Source of the DNA: an uncultured bacterium
Lineage (GTDB): Bacteria; Bacillota; Limnochordia; DTU080; JAAYLA01
Direction of reading: 5' to 3'
Assembly (NCBI GenBank): GCA_937983075.1
Contig: CALKAQ010000062.1
Span: 41,277-105,276 of the forward strand
Length of the DNA: 64,000 nucleotides
Below, piece by piece: positions 1 through 9,979 of the stretch. The translations under genes and the position numbers were made by a program. Numbering within the stretch: the first letter of the stretch is position 1; every line of letters starts with the position of its first letter. Under the pieces are notes generated by a model, which worked only from the letters and a program-made list of their open reading frames with translations, was not told the origin of the DNA and made no database searches.

Positions 1-1168
1 CTTTGCGCGGTTCATTCGGTACATAATCGAGGTCACAATCAGGATCGGGAACCTCGTAGTTAATGGTGGGCGGTATGACCCCGCGGTTGATGGCCAACAC
101 GCACACAATCGCTTCGACTCCGCCGGCTGCACCCAAAAGATGCCCGGTCATCGACTTCGTTGAACTTACGGCCACGCGATACGCATGCTCGCCGAAAACA
201 CTTTTGATCGCCAAGGTTTCGAAATAATCGTTGTAAGGAGTCGAAGTTCCGTGGGCGTTGATATAATCAACGTCCTCCGGCGCCAAATTGGCGTCCTTCA
301 AGGCGTTTCGCATCGCACGCGCCGCACCCTCTCCCTCAGGCGCCGGCATCGTGATGTGATGCGCATCGCCACTCGCCGCATACCCGACGATTTCCGCATA
401 AATGCGGGCACCTCGCCGCTTGGCATGTTCCAGTTCTTCGAGTACGAGGATACCGGCGCCTTCACCGAGCAAAAAGCCGTCTCGTTCCTTGTCAAAAGGC
501 CGGCTCGCTTTTTCGGGTTCATCATTGCGCACGGAAAGAGCTTTAGCCGCAGCAAATCCTCCCAAGGACAGTGCGGTTACGGCAGCCTCCGAGCCGCCTG
601 AAATCATCAGGTCGGCATCACCGTAGGCGATAATCCGGTAGGCATCCCCCAGGGAATGCGTTCCGGAAGCACAGGCAGTGACGGAACAACTGTTATGGCC
701 TTTCAGGCCAAACCGAATCGACACCTGGCCTGACGCCATATCAGGTATCATCATGGGAACGAAGAACGGGCTGATTCGGCCCGGTCCTCGTTCAATGAGA
801 ATGCGGCATTGCTCTTCAAGCGTATGAATGCCGCCGATTCCTGATCCGATAAGAACGCCTGCGCGATCTCGATCAATTTGATCGAGATCGATCGCAGCAT
901 CTTCCAGAGCCATTTGGGACGCGGCGACGGCAAATTGAGCAAAGCGGTCCATGCGACGCGCATCCTTGCGGTCCATAAAATCGGCAGGGTTAAAGTCTTT
1001 CACTTCAGCCGCGATACGCGTGCTGAATTCCGATGCGTCGAACTGCGTAATTTCTCCGGCACCGGAGCGTCCTTCCATGAGTCCTTCCCAAAATGACTCA
1101 ACATCGTTGCCGATAGGCGTGAGCGCCCCCATCCCCGTGACAACCACTCGCCGCTTCGCTTGACCCAT
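1..1168 (-). CDS. fabF: 3-oxoacyl-ACP synthase II (KAS II), C-terminus outside window
   Basis: Not in the ORF track because it runs off the window edge. The minus-strand frame is open from ATG 1168 to base 1. Hand translation starts [21 protein letters not shown] and contains TACASG, HGTSTP and GHLLGAAG active-site contexts. SD AGGTGA lies about 6 nt upstream. It follows acpP as in fab operons. Confidence 0.92.
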   Translation of the reverse strand, partial: MGQAKRRVVVTGMGALTPIGNDVESFWEGLMEGRSGAGEITQFDASEFSTRIAAEVKDFNPADFMDRKDARRMDRFAQFAVAASQMALEDAAIDLDQIDRDRAGVLIGSGIGGIHTLEEQCRILIERGPGRISPFFVPMMIPDMASGQVSIRFGLKGHNSCSVTACASGTHSLGDAYRIIAYGDADLMISGGSEAAVTALSLGGFAAAKALSVRNDEPEKASRPFDKERDGFLLGEGAGILVLEELEHAKRRGARIYAEIVGYAASGDAHHITMPAPEGEGAARAMRNALKDANLAPEDVDYINAHGTSTPYNDYFETLAIKSVFGEHAYRVAVSSTKSMTGHLLGAAGGVEAIVCVLAINRGVIPPTINYEVPDPDCDLDYVPNEPRK

Positions 1169-1203
1169 CCTTATTCACCTGCCCCCTATGAAGGACACAG
1201 CCG

Positions 1204-1437
1204 TTACTCAACCCGCTGTTTGATGTAATCTACCGCGTCGCCGACGGTCTGAATTTTCTCGGCATCCTCATCCGGAATTTCGAGATCAAATTCTTCTTCG
1301 AACGCCATGACGAGCTCAACGATGTCCAAAGAGTCAGCACCGAGATCGTCTACGAAAGAAGCTTCGGGCGTCACTTCGTCTTCCTCGACACCTAGCTGCT
1401 CCACTACCAATGCCTTCACTCGTTCGAACGTATCCAT
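1204..1437 (-). CDS. acpP: acyl carrier protein
   Basis: 77 aa. [19 protein letters not shown] carries the phosphopantetheine-Ser (DSL) motif. It sits between fabG and fabF. Confidence 0.97.
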   Translation of the reverse strand: MDTFERVKALVVEQLGVEEDEVTPEASFVDDLGADSLDIVELVMAFEEEFDLEIPDEDAEKIQTVGDAVDYIKQRVE

Positions 1438-1493
1438 AACTGTTCAACAGACCTCCTGCAGATTGATTGGTATAAAAATTAACGTACCTAAAC

Positions 1494-2237
1494 TTAACGC
1501 ATGACAAGACCGCCGTCGACCACCAGCGTGTGTCCGGTAATGTACCGTGCCTCATCGCTGGCCAAAAATACAACGGCATGAGCGACATCCTCGGGTTGAC
1601 CGATTGTTCCGAGCGGAATCGCTTCGATAATTCGCTCCCGCACTTTCTCGTCGAGAGCGTCGGTCATATCGGTTGCAATATAGCCAGGTGCGATGGCGTT
1701 GACGGTGATGCCACGTGACGCTGCTTCCTTCGCGAGGCTTTTGGTAAAGCCGATGACTGCAGCTTTAGCGGCGGCGTAGTTTGCCTGGCCTGCATTGCCC
1801 ATCAGGCCAATCACGGACGTTATGTTGATGATACGACCCGAGCGCTGTTTCATCATGGGACGAAGCACGGCCTTGGCGCATCGATACATCGATTTGACGT
1901 TGACCTCCATGACGTCGTCCCAATCAGCGTCTTTCATGCGCAATAAAAGGGTGTCACGCGTGATTCCCGCGTTGTTTACGAGTATGTCGATGGAACCGAA
2001 AGCTTCCTGGACGTCACGGACGAGATTCTGGACGTCTTCTTCCACCGTGACGTCACAGCGAAATCCCCGGGCAATCCCTCCTTGCTCCACGATCGCTTCG
2101 GCTACTTGAATCGCTTTTTCGCCGTCGCGGCCGCATACGGCAACGTGAGCACCTTCTTTTGCAAGGTGCTCCGCTACGGCTCTGCCGATTCCCCGGGTAC
2201 TCCCCGTTACAATAGCCACCTTGTTTGCCAGTCTCAT
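1494..2237 (-). CDS. fabG: 3-oxoacyl-ACP reductase
   Basis: 247 aa SDR with TGSTRGIGRA, NNAGI and YAAAKAA (YxxxK). Its operon position is between fabD and acpP. Confidence 0.93.
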   Translation of the reverse strand: MRLANKVAIVTGSTRGIGRAVAEHLAKEGAHVAVCGRDGEKAIQVAEAIVEQGGIARGFRCDVTVEEDVQNLVRDVQEAFGSIDILVNNAGITRDTLLLRMKDADWDDVMEVNVKSMYRCAKAVLRPMMKQRSGRIINITSVIGLMGNAGQANYAAAKAAVIGFTKSLAKEAASRGITVNAIAPGYIATDMTDALDEKVRERIIEAIPLGTIGQPEDVAHAVVFLASDEARYITGHTLVVDGGLVMR

Positions 2238-3193
2238 CTTACATCATCCCCTTTTGCCCACGCAAGGACTTCATCCCAGCCGGCAGGATCATCAAACCGC
2301 ACGGTCTGCACATCGCGCCGAATGCGTTTAATGAGACCGGAAAGCACCCTGCCCGGGCCTATTTCAAGAAACGTGTCCACTCCTTGCTCAGTCATAAATT
2401 CAACGGATTCCACCCAGCGGACGGGGGAACTTACCTGTTCGATCAGCGACTGTCTGATTTCCTCCGGGGATGCAACCGGACGCGCCGTCACATTGGCGAC
2501 GACGGGGACTTGTGGCGTGCGGATTTCGACATCAGCGAGGGCTTCCCCGAGCTTGCGGCCTGCTTCAGTGAGCAATTTCGAATGAAACGGCCCGCTGACA
2601 TTCAAATGTACCGTCCGCTTGGCCCCGGCCTCGCTTGCTCTCGCTGCCACCGCTTCAACGGCCTTTTTTTCGCCTGCGACGACCGTCTGATCGGGCGCAT
2701 TCAGGGTAGCCGGTACGACGTGGCCCATTCCTTCGCTTTCGACCGCAGCACAGAGTTCGGCGACCCTCGCACTGTCAAGCCCGATAATCGCCGCCATTCC
2801 GCCTTGACCGGCTGGAACCGCTTGTTCCATCAACTGGCCACGAATGCGCACGGTTTTCAACGCCGCGGCAAAATCCATCGCACCGGCGGCAACGAGTGCG
2901 GAATATTCACCCAAACTATGCCCAGCAACAAACACCGGTTGTAAATGTTCTTGTTGCTTTACCAGTTCGAGCAGAGCGCAACTCACCGTCAGCAGGGCCG
3001 GTTGTGTGTTTTCTGTGCGCAGCAGCTCCTCTTCCGGCCCTTCGAAGCACAAGCGCTTGAGGTCAAAACCGAGAACGTCGTTGGCTTCGTCGAATCGAGC
3101 CATGACTTCGGGAAAAGCCTCAGCCAATTCCTTCCCCATGCCGACTACTTGTGAACCTTGACCAGGGAACACCCAAGCCAGCTTTCTAGACAT
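2234..3193 (-). CDS. fabD: malonyl-CoA:ACP transacylase
   Basis: 319 aa with GQGSQ and GHSLGEY motifs. Its stop overlaps the fabG start by 4 nt. Confidence 0.95.
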   Translation of the reverse strand: MSRKLAWVFPGQGSQVVGMGKELAEAFPEVMARFDEANDVLGFDLKRLCFEGPEEELLRTENTQPALLTVSCALLELVKQQEHLQPVFVAGHSLGEYSALVAAGAMDFAAALKTVRIRGQLMEQAVPAGQGGMAAIIGLDSARVAELCAAVESEGMGHVVPATLNAPDQTVVAGEKKAVEAVAARASEAGAKRTVHLNVSGPFHSKLLTEAGRKLGEALADVEIRTPQVPVVANVTARPVASPEEIRQSLIEQVSSPVRWVESVEFMTEQGVDTFLEIGPGRVLSGLIKRIRRDVQTVRFDDPAGWDEVLAWAKGDDVR

Positions 3194-4172
3194 AGGGACG
3201 CACCTCCTCTGCCCATTCGAGCACCGCTGCAGCCCACGTCAATCCGGCACCGAATCCGACCAGCACCAATCGATCACCGGCCGCAATGCGCCCTTGTTGA
3301 AACGCTTCTACTAACGCAATCGGAATAGAAGCCGCCGAGGTGTTTCCGTACTTGGCGACGTTTACAAACACACGTTCCGGCGGCAGATCGAGCCTGCGGG
3401 CCGCGGCATCGATGATGCGTATGTTCGCTTGATGGGGTACGAAAAGATCGATGTCGCTTGGCTCCAAACCGGCCTTTTCAACGACATGTACGGCAGCTTC
3501 TCCCATGATGCGAACGGCGAACTTAAATACGTCGTTTCCCGCCATTTCGATGCAAGCCGGACCGTTCGCTCGCTCGGCAGCACCCGGACCGCTGCCTGCG
3601 ATGCGCAATTTATCTCCGCCGCTGCCGTCCGCGCCCAAGTAGGTTGCCATGACGCCTTGTCCCGAAACCGGCCCCATCAGAACGGCACCGGCGCCATCGC
3701 CAAAAAGCACACACGTGCTTCGGTCGGTGAAATCAGTGACCCGACTGAGCAGATCGGCACCGATCACCAAAATGTACCGATAATTCCCGGACGCAATCAT
3801 TTGGGATGCAACGTCCAAGCCGTAAACAAAACCAGAACATCCGGCCGACAGATCAAATGCGCCCGCATTGGTGCAGCCGAGCTTGTTTTGAACCAAACAA
3901 GCCGTTGAAGGGAACAACATTTCCGGCGTCACCGTGGCGACAATGACAAGATCGACCTCTTCAGGATCGACTCCGGCATGATGCAGTGCTTTGGCACCCG
4001 CTTGAGCCGCCAGTTCCGATGTCGTCATCCCTTCCGGTGCTATCCGCCGTTCTTTGATGCCTGTTCGAGTGGTAATCCACTCATCGGATGTGTCTACCAT
4101 TTTTTCCAAGTCTGCATTGGTCAGCACCTTGTCAGGCACTGCCATCCCAAGTCCTAGGATTCCTGGTCTCAT
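3186..4172 (-). CDS. fabH: 3-oxoacyl-ACP synthase III
   Basis: 328 aa with the AGCSGFVYGL catalytic Cys context, HQAN and GNTSAASIP. Confidence 0.95.
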   Translation of the reverse strand: MRPGILGLGMAVPDKVLTNADLEKMVDTSDEWITTRTGIKERRIAPEGMTTSELAAQAGAKALHHAGVDPEEVDLVIVATVTPEMLFPSTACLVQNKLGCTNAGAFDLSAGCSGFVYGLDVASQMIASGNYRYILVIGADLLSRVTDFTDRSTCVLFGDGAGAVLMGPVSGQGVMATYLGADGSGGDKLRIAGSGPGAAERANGPACIEMAGNDVFKFAVRIMGEAAVHVVEKAGLEPSDIDLFVPHQANIRIIDAAARRLDLPPERVFVNVAKYGNTSAASIPIALVEAFQQGRIAAGDRLVLVGFGAGLTWAAAVLEWAEEVRPYV

Positions 4173-4173
4173 C

Positions 4174-5184
4174 TTATCCTTCCTCTTTTTGCGTGCGGGT
4201 TTGGACCATTTCAGCGATCACACCCGGCAAGTCAACCTGAACGGATTCCATCGCAACGCGAATGGCATTCTTAATCGCTTTCGCATTGGAAGATCCGTGA
4301 GCGATGATGCAAACTCCGTCGACACCGAGCAGTGGTGCGCCGCCGTATTCGGTATAGTCCAGTCGCTTTACAATGCCCTTGAGGGCCGGCTTCAACAAAA
4401 GCCCTCCCAAACGGGAACGCCAGCTCGCTTGAATGCCTTGTCGGAGCAGCCCGAAAATGCTTTCCGACATCCCTTCGGCAAATTTCAGCACAACATTTCC
4501 GATAAAGCCGTCGCAGACCAAAACGTCGACTTTTCCTTTAGTGATGTCCCGGCCTTCAATGTTGCCGACAAAGTTGATAGAACCGTCTTCCTTGAAACGA
4601 CTATACGCTTGCAGGACAAGATCATTGCCTTTGCTCGCTTCTTCGCCGTTGCTCAGAAGTCCAAGACGCGGCCGGGCGATCCCCAATATGCGTTCGGCAT
4701 ACGCCAAGCCCATCAGCCCGAACTGGTACAGATGGCTGGAACGGCAATCGACGTTGGCTCCGACATCGACGACCAGGCAGCCACCGGTCTCGGTCGGCAA
4801 TACGGTGCCGATCGCCGGCCGTTCGATTCCCTGAATGCGGCCTAAGCCGAGCAGCGCCGCAACCATGGTAACCCCTGTATTGCCGGCGCTGATCATCGCA
4901 TCAGCTTGCCCTTCTTTCACCATCCGGGCCGCAATGACGATCGGCGCTTCCTTATGCTTGCGAACAGCTTCGGTGGGGACGGCATCCATACCGATGTCGT
5001 CGTTGGCGGGGACGACGTGGATTGCTTTCTGCCAATACGGTGAACGCTGAACCAAAGGCACGATCTGATCTTCTTTGCCGATGAGGGTTACTTCACAGCC
5101 GTATTCCGCAACTGCCAGTTCTGCCCCCCGTACAATTTCAATGGGAGCGTGATCTCCTCCCATGGCGTCAACTGCAATTTTCAC
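4174..5184 (-). CDS. plsX: phosphate acyltransferase PlsX
   Basis: 336 aa. MKIAVDAMGGDHAP is a typical PlsX N-terminus. It lies downstream of fapR as in Bacillus. Confidence 0.95.
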   Translation of the reverse strand: MKIAVDAMGGDHAPIEIVRGAELAVAEYGCEVTLIGKEDQIVPLVQRSPYWQKAIHVVPANDDIGMDAVPTEAVRKHKEAPIVIAARMVKEGQADAMISAGNTGVTMVAALLGLGRIQGIERPAIGTVLPTETGGCLVVDVGANVDCRSSHLYQFGLMGLAYAERILGIARPRLGLLSNGEEASKGNDLVLQAYSRFKEDGSINFVGNIEGRDITKGKVDVLVCDGFIGNVVLKFAEGMSESIFGLLRQGIQASWRSRLGGLLLKPALKGIVKRLDYTEYGGAPLLGVDGVCIIAHGSSNAKAIKNAIRVAMESVQVDLPGVIAEMVQTRTQKEEG

Positions 5185-5789
5185 GCTTGGCCTCCCCCCG
5201 GCGAAATCGGCTTCGTGGCAGTCCTGTCATTCGCAAACGAAAAGACGGTAAACATGCCACGAAATACAACTTTGTCTTGCACCTTGCTTTCAACGCTCAC
5301 CAACCATTTCGAACCCCTTCGCTGAACAACTTGTGCTTCCGCCACAATCGTTTCGCCCACATTGACAGGCTGCAAAAAGCGCATTCGGACCGAGCCGGTC
5401 AGAGCCTTTTCAGCGTCGACGACAGCCACGGCGAGCGAATTGGCCTGCCCGAATATGTAATGACCACGAACAATGGGCTGATCGATGAATCCCATCGAAC
5501 GATCGGCGACCAAGCTCGAGCGCCCTGACTGCCCGAGTTTGAGGTCAAGCAATTCCCCCATCACATCGTCAATCAACATCGACCGGATTTGCTGCACGCG
5601 GCTCGCCAATTCACGGGCCCGCTCCCGCATTTCGGGCAGCCCCAGCTGGAGCCGGTCCAGTCGGATCGTCTGTACACTGACGCCGAAACGGGCGGCAAGA
5701 GCAGCATCCGTCAACAGCGGATCCTCTTCGAGTGCTCGAAGCAACGCCTCTTGCCGTTCTTGTTTTCGCTTGCGCCTTACCATTTTCAA
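5181..5789 (-). CDS. fapR: fatty acid/phospholipid biosynthesis repressor FapR
   Basis: 202 aa with an N-terminal HTH (GVSVQTIRLDRLQLGL) and a hot-dog thioesterase-like domain. It is the first gene of the plsX-fab operon, and its stop overlaps the plsX start. Confidence 0.88.
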   Translation of the reverse strand: MKMVRRKRKQERQEALLRALEEDPLLTDAALAARFGVSVQTIRLDRLQLGLPEMRERARELASRVQQIRSMLIDDVMGELLDLKLGQSGRSSLVADRSMGFIDQPIVRGHYIFGQANSLAVAVVDAEKALTGSVRMRFLQPVNVGETIVAEAQVVQRRGSKWLVSVESKVQDKVVFRGMFTVFSFANDRTATKPISPGGGQA

Positions 5790-5853
5790 CGTCCTCTGCA
5801 GACCTGCATATAATCAAGCCAGTCCAATGGCCGGCAATATCTATGACAACATA

Positions 5854-5897
5854 TTAACATCTGGTACTAATTATACGAAAAAGTGATTGGCACGCAA
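5854..5897 (-). promoter_or_regulatory. sigmaA-type promoter with FapR-operator-like inverted repeat
   Basis: On the minus strand: TTGCGT (5897-5892), a 16-nt spacer, then TATAAT (5875-5870). This is immediately followed by TTAGTACCAGATGTTAA (5870-5854), an imperfect palindrome resembling the Bacillus FapR box (TTAGTACC..GGTACTAA half-sites). It lies about 65 nt upstream of the fapR start. Confidence 0.6.
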
Positions 5898-5957
5898 GGG
5901 ACAATTGCCCAATGCAAACTATCTTTTTCTTCAGGCAAAACGAGCCTCTTGGCGCGC

Positions 5958-5994
5958 AAAAGGTGTCGAAACGGCCGATGCCGCCGACACCTTT
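5958..5994 (-). terminator. rho-independent terminator after rpmF
   Basis: Stem AAAGGTGTCG/CGACACCTTT with a 16-nt loop, about 25 nt downstream of the rpmF stop. On the minus strand the 3' arm runs into TTTT. Confidence 0.55.
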
Positions 5995-6019
5995 CTCGAG
6001 GAAATATGTGACGCAAAAA

Positions 6020-6208
6020 CTATGCTTCTTCGGAAGCTACCTGGATGACCGCGCGGCCATCGTAGTAACCGCAGTGGCCGCATACGTGATGTGGGCGCCT
6101 TGGTTCCTGGCACTGAGGGCAGGTTACCAACGTAGGTGCGACGAGCTTCCAGTTCGCGCGTCGCTTAGCCGACCGTGCTTTCGATTGACGCCGCTTTGGT
6201 ACTGCCAT
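6020..6208 (-). CDS. rpmF: 50S ribosomal protein L32
   Basis: Internal ATG at 6208 gives MAVPKRRQSKARSAKRRANWK..CPQCQEPRRPHHVCGHCGYY (L32 with zinc ribbon). SD GGAGGAG lies 7 nt upstream. The longer track ORF (to 6328) is an artefactual extension. Confidence 0.95.
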   Translation of the reverse strand: MAVPKRRQSKARSAKRRANWKLVAPTLVTCPQCQEPRRPHHVCGHCGYYDGRAVIQVASEEA

Positions 6209-6249
6209 AATCGTCTCCTCCTCGTCCGAACGGAAACCTCTTGATCGTT

Positions 6250-6768
6250 TTATTGCTCTTTCGCATCCGTCCGGAGCTGCCATTCCTTGAGTGCGGCAAG
6301 TCGGGGATCGATCGTTTCCATGCGACAATCACACGCAGTCTCATTGCGATCGACGCCGCACTGCGGACAGATTCCCTCGCAATCCTCCCGACAAAGCAGC
6401 TTCATCGGCAGTGCGAGGACAATCTGTTCCTGCACGGCCTCCGTCAAATCGATTTCGGATCCGTGAAAAGAGCGTATTTCCTCATCCAAATCGTCAAACG
6501 AATCCGGTGATCCATTCGTATCAACTGCATCGTCGTCAGATTCGGCTGCCGGGCGATAGACCTCATGCAAAGGGACTCGCAAATGCCACGGATATTCTTT
6601 CAAGCAGCGGCTGCATGTCAAAGCGAGATCCGCCTCGACATTCCCTTGCACTAAATAACAAATGCCCGTATTTGTGACACGGGCTTCAACCCGAAGCGGT
6701 GTACCATCGATAAAGTGTATTTGTTCATCGGGTGACTCGGGTTCCGGCTCTTCAAACTGAACCAGCAT
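6250..6768 (-). CDS. yceD: DUF177 (YceD/YlbN) large-subunit biogenesis protein
   Basis: Sits directly upstream of rpmF as in most bacteria. It has the C-terminal CxxC..C.C cluster (CREDCEGICPQCGVDRNETACDC). The start is placed at ATG 6768, with SD AGGGTG 5 nt upstream. Confidence 0.85.
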   Translation of the reverse strand: MLVQFEEPEPESPDEQIHFIDGTPLRVEARVTNTGICYLVQGNVEADLALTCSRCLKEYPWHLRVPLHEVYRPAAESDDDAVDTNGSPDSFDDLDEEIRSFHGSEIDLTEAVQEQIVLALPMKLLCREDCEGICPQCGVDRNETACDCRMETIDPRLAALKEWQLRTDAKEQ

Positions 6769-6902
6769 GGAGGCACCCTTTCGCCCTTTGATGGAGCCAA
6801 CGTGCACAATCACCGGAATCACCTCATCAATTATAGCGATGGCCTTTCCAGGCTGTCAAGGCTGCGAGGGGCAGCAGCTTCATGCCACCCCCCGTCTCTT
6901 CG

Positions 6903-7889
6903 TCAGTTGCCGAGCCAAATTTGGCCGACATTGGTGTATCCGGCAGCCATTAATATTTTTTCATGATGATCCGGATCTAATTTACCGTTCAAATGCAGTC
7001 GACTGCCCAAGAAATGTATACAGAAATGCCCGTCGAATCCGTTGCCCTCCACGGCACCCGAGCCATGCGGCTGCCCGTTCATGGACGCAGCAATGCGACG
7101 GCCGTCAATTTCGACGATGATGGCACGCCGTTCCCAACTCCACTGGCCGCCATAAATCTCGCGCATGATGCGAGCGTCCTCCGCGGTCAACGGTTCCGAG
7201 TCAGCGTGCAGCGTTCCGTAATACCGCTGCACGTAAAACGACCGTCCGGTTTCCACGTCAATCACCCGAGCCGTCGTGAAGCTGCGGTACAGTTGCTGCG
7301 CTTCCGACCAGTGCAAGAGTTCAACCGGTCCGCCCGCCACCCAATGCACTCCTGTGCTTGCCGGGACACTGCCGAAAGGAATGACCAGCACCTGACCGAC
7401 ACGAATTCGGTCGGGATTGGCAATTTGATTGGTCTCGACGATCGTGCTGATACTCACGCCGTACATGCGGCTGATCTCCCAGAGCGTATCACCGGGCGCT
7501 ACGATATGTTCGTGCGCACGAGGCAAAGCATTTCCCAAGCTGCTCCATGTCTGAGGCCCGACGATGCCGTCGGCGGTGATGTTCGAGTCCGACTGGAATT
7601 GTTCCACCGCCCGCTGCGTAGCCGGCCCGAAAAAGCCGTCCGGCTGATCGGAAAGATAACCGAGTTGATAAAGGGCGTGCTGCACCAAGATGACCTCAGG
7701 TCCTTGATCGCCACGCCTGACGATCGACCGGGCGGATGATCCGTAAGAGTCGACTTCCGTGGCTCCGAAGGCAGAAACCGAGGAAAGGAGTACCAACGTG
7801 ACGAGCCATCCGACAGCGGCGGCTAGGATTCGGCGTCCCCCGGCGCCGAAAGCGGCAAACGAATTATTTTTCCTTGAGGCAAGCAACAT
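6903..7889 (-). CDS. secreted peptidoglycan-binding protein (PG_binding_1 + LysM + C-terminal domain)
   Basis: 328 aa with an N-terminal TM/signal segment. It has a PGB1-like repeat (GDQGPEVILVQHALYQLGYL..DGFFGPATQRAVEQFQ) and a LysM (HIVAPGDTLWEISRMYGVSISTIVETNQI..IRVGQVLVIP). Confidence 0.75.
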   Translation of the reverse strand: MLLASRKNNSFAAFGAGGRRILAAAVGWLVTLVLLSSVSAFGATEVDSYGSSARSIVRRGDQGPEVILVQHALYQLGYLSDQPDGFFGPATQRAVEQFQSDSNITADGIVGPQTWSSLGNALPRAHEHIVAPGDTLWEISRMYGVSISTIVETNQIANPDRIRVGQVLVIPFGSVPASTGVHWVAGGPVELLHWSEAQQLYRSFTTARVIDVETGRSFYVQRYYGTLHADSEPLTAEDARIMREIYGGQWSWERRAIIVEIDGRRIAASMNGQPHGSGAVEGNGFDGHFCIHFLGSRLHLNGKLDPDHHEKILMAAGYTNVGQIWLGN

Positions 7890-8604
7890 GCTTCAACCAC
7901 ACTCCTGCATGACGGTAAACCTGAATTGTGGGGACTTCAATCGCATGAAAGTCCAGCGGACCCAGCGGATGAACCACATCCGCACCGAGCATACAATTTC
8001 CGCTTGACATCATTTCGCTGTGCCAAGCGTTGGCCAGACGAACAGCCGCTGCTGCCGGCTCTGCTTGACGGTCGTCAAACGCCTGTGCGGGAATCATGCC
8101 GATGAGCGATTCATCCGTCAAAATACCTGTCTCCTGCAGCCAGGAAGGCGTCAAATGGCCGGCATCAACCCAGCGGCGTCGTCCGTCTGCGAGCGGAGGC
8201 AGCCAACCGGGCAAACCAGCGGCTTTCCGCACGGCATCAGCCAGCGGCCCTTCACGAAACGCGACCCGTTCGCCGGACGTCAAATCGAGAGCGACAATCG
8301 TGAGCGGACGCGACAACTCTTCGATCTTTCGACCGCGCACGAGCAATTCCACCCAGCCGAACAAATCAGTGTCCGCTTGGTCCCACGACAAATGAGCCAA
8401 CACGCCCGCTGCGCGTTGAAGATCCGTCTCGCACGCCCAAAGTGCACCGACCAACGCCCCGAGTCCGGTCGCAACGACCCTGGGCGTGAAGCCGGCCTCG
8501 TCGATCGCTCTCATGAAGCCTAATTGAACCAGTGCAGGCGCACCGGTATACCCAAGGCGAATCAGGGGTCGACCCTCGTCTGGTTCTCGCATCATACTCG
8601 GCAA
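7864..8604 (-). CDS. patatin-like (YlbK-like) protein lacking the nucleophile serine
   Basis: 246 aa, alignable to patatin/YlbK and in the ylbK position next to ylbJ. The GGxRG motif is replaced by GYTGAP, and GxSxG is replaced by ATGLGALVG (no Ser). Confidence 0.7.
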   Translation of the reverse strand: MPSMMREPDEGRPLIRLGYTGAPALVQLGFMRAIDEAGFTPRVVATGLGALVGALWACETDLQRAAGVLAHLSWDQADTDLFGWVELLVRGRKIEELSRPLTIVALDLTSGERVAFREGPLADAVRKAAGLPGWLPPLADGRRRWVDAGHLTPSWLQETGILTDESLIGMIPAQAFDDRQAEPAAAAVRLANAWHSEMMSSGNCMLGADVVHPLGPLDFHAIEVPTIQVYRHAGVWLKHVACLKEK

Positions 8605-8738
8605 CAGCTCCTACATAGGATTGTACGGACAGAAGACGGATCCTCTTTTCGCGTAGAGTTTTTTCAACAAGGCTCATGGGCACGCCAGGGTGACTGCCGC
8701 AGATCATGCAAGCGTGATGAACTTAAGGGGGAAATCGA

Positions 8739-9968
8739 TTGGCTTTCGGCGCACATCGGAAAGAAATTCTTTCCGCGGGGGTCATCGGCGCATGCGTTCT
8801 CGTCCTGACGTTTTTTGTCATCCGCTATCCCGATCAAACGTTCCAGGCGTCTTTCGAAGGACTGCAGCTTTGGCTACGGACCGTCCTGCCGGCCTTGTTT
8901 CCCTTTTTCGTGATCTCGGAAATTTTAATGGGAATCGGAGTCATTCATGCGCTCGGCGTTATGTTGGAGCCCATCATGCGCCCTCTGTTTCGTGTGCCGG
9001 GCGTCGGCGCTTTTGCTCTGGTCATGGGCCTGGTATCCGGCAACCCTCTGGGCGCAAAAATTACCGGACAATTGCGCCGTGACGACTTATGCACTCGGGA
9101 GGAAGGCGAGCGCCTCGTCGCTTTCGCCAATACCGCCGGTCCCCTGTTCATGATCGGGGCCGTTGCCGTCGGAATGTTTCATGACGCTTCGCTGGGTTTG
9201 CTCATTGTCGTCTCCCACTACTTGGCCGTTCTCCTCGTCGGATTGTGTTTTCGGTTTCACGGAGGCAAAAGTGAAAAGACAGGCCGCAGAAGTCGCACCG
9301 GTCTGCGCGGCGGCCTCATCCGCCGCGCCATGCAGGCAATGGCAACTGCCCACCGGCAAGACGGACGCCCTTTTGGCCGCCTGCTCAGCGATGCAATTCG
9401 GGAATCGATGGCCTCGATGATATTCATTGGCGGCACGATTATGATGTTTTCGGTCTTGATTCGCATCTTGTCGATTTCCGGTGCGCTGCAATACGCTGCT
9501 GCAGCGTTAGGCGCTTTCATCACGCTCTTCGGTGTTGACGCGGAATTGATTGCACCGCTGACGCACGGAATCGTCGAAATGACCAACGGCGCTCAATCCA
9601 TCAGCCAAGCTTCGGCCGAGCTTGTCCAACGCCTTATGGCGATCGGCTTCATATTGGGCTGGAGCGGCCTTTCTGTTCACACCCAGGTGGCGGCCATGTT
9701 GTACGGAACGGACATTCGGTTCGCTCCGTATTTCATGGCACGCTGCCTGCATGGCATGGTGGCTGCGGCGCTGACGTGGCTGCTTTTTCCTGTGCTCAGA
9801 GCAAGCGAAAACACGACGGTGCCTGCCATCGCCACGGTAATTGAACAGCTATCCTACTGGGGACAGCTGGGCGTGATGTTCGGTATGATCGCCGGAGCGG
9901 TCGGCCTCTTGCTGTTGCTTTCGTTCGTAATGATCGTCATTCGCCGTATTCATATCGTTCGCTTTTAG
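8739..9968 (+). CDS. ylbJ: sporulation integral membrane protein YlbJ
   Basis: 409 aa polytopic membrane protein with nucleoside-recognition-like halves. Its synteny next to coaD/rsmD and the patatin-like gene matches Bacillus. Confidence 0.8.
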   Translation: MAFGAHRKEILSAGVIGACVLVLTFFVIRYPDQTFQASFEGLQLWLRTVLPALFPFFVISEILMGIGVIHALGVMLEPIMRPLFRVPGVGAFALVMGLVSGNPLGAKITGQLRRDDLCTREEGERLVAFANTAGPLFMIGAVAVGMFHDASLGLLIVVSHYLAVLLVGLCFRFHGGKSEKTGRRSRTGLRGGLIRRAMQAMATAHRQDGRPFGRLLSDAIRESMASMIFIGGTIMMFSVLIRILSISGALQYAAAALGAFITLFGVDAELIAPLTHGIVEMTNGAQSISQASAELVQRLMAIGFILGWSGLSVHTQVAAMLYGTDIRFAPYFMARCLHGMVAAALTWLLFPVLRASENTTVPAIATVIEQLSYWGQLGVMFGMIAGAVGLLLLLSFVMIVIRRIHIVRF

Positions 9969-9979
9969 CGTGAAACGCT

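Noticed and set aside
2225-2944. Long plus-strand ORFs lie opposite well-supported minus-strand genes. Examples: 2225-2944, 4054-4845, 6993-7739, 12143-12952, 19020-20234, 29164-30081, 31545-32558, 35241-35996 and 44489-45304.
   Set aside because: They are antisense shadow ORFs typical of GC-rich coding DNA. Their translations are Arg/Ser/Pro/His-rich with no recognisable motifs and no SD. The opposite-strand genes carry unambiguous family signatures.
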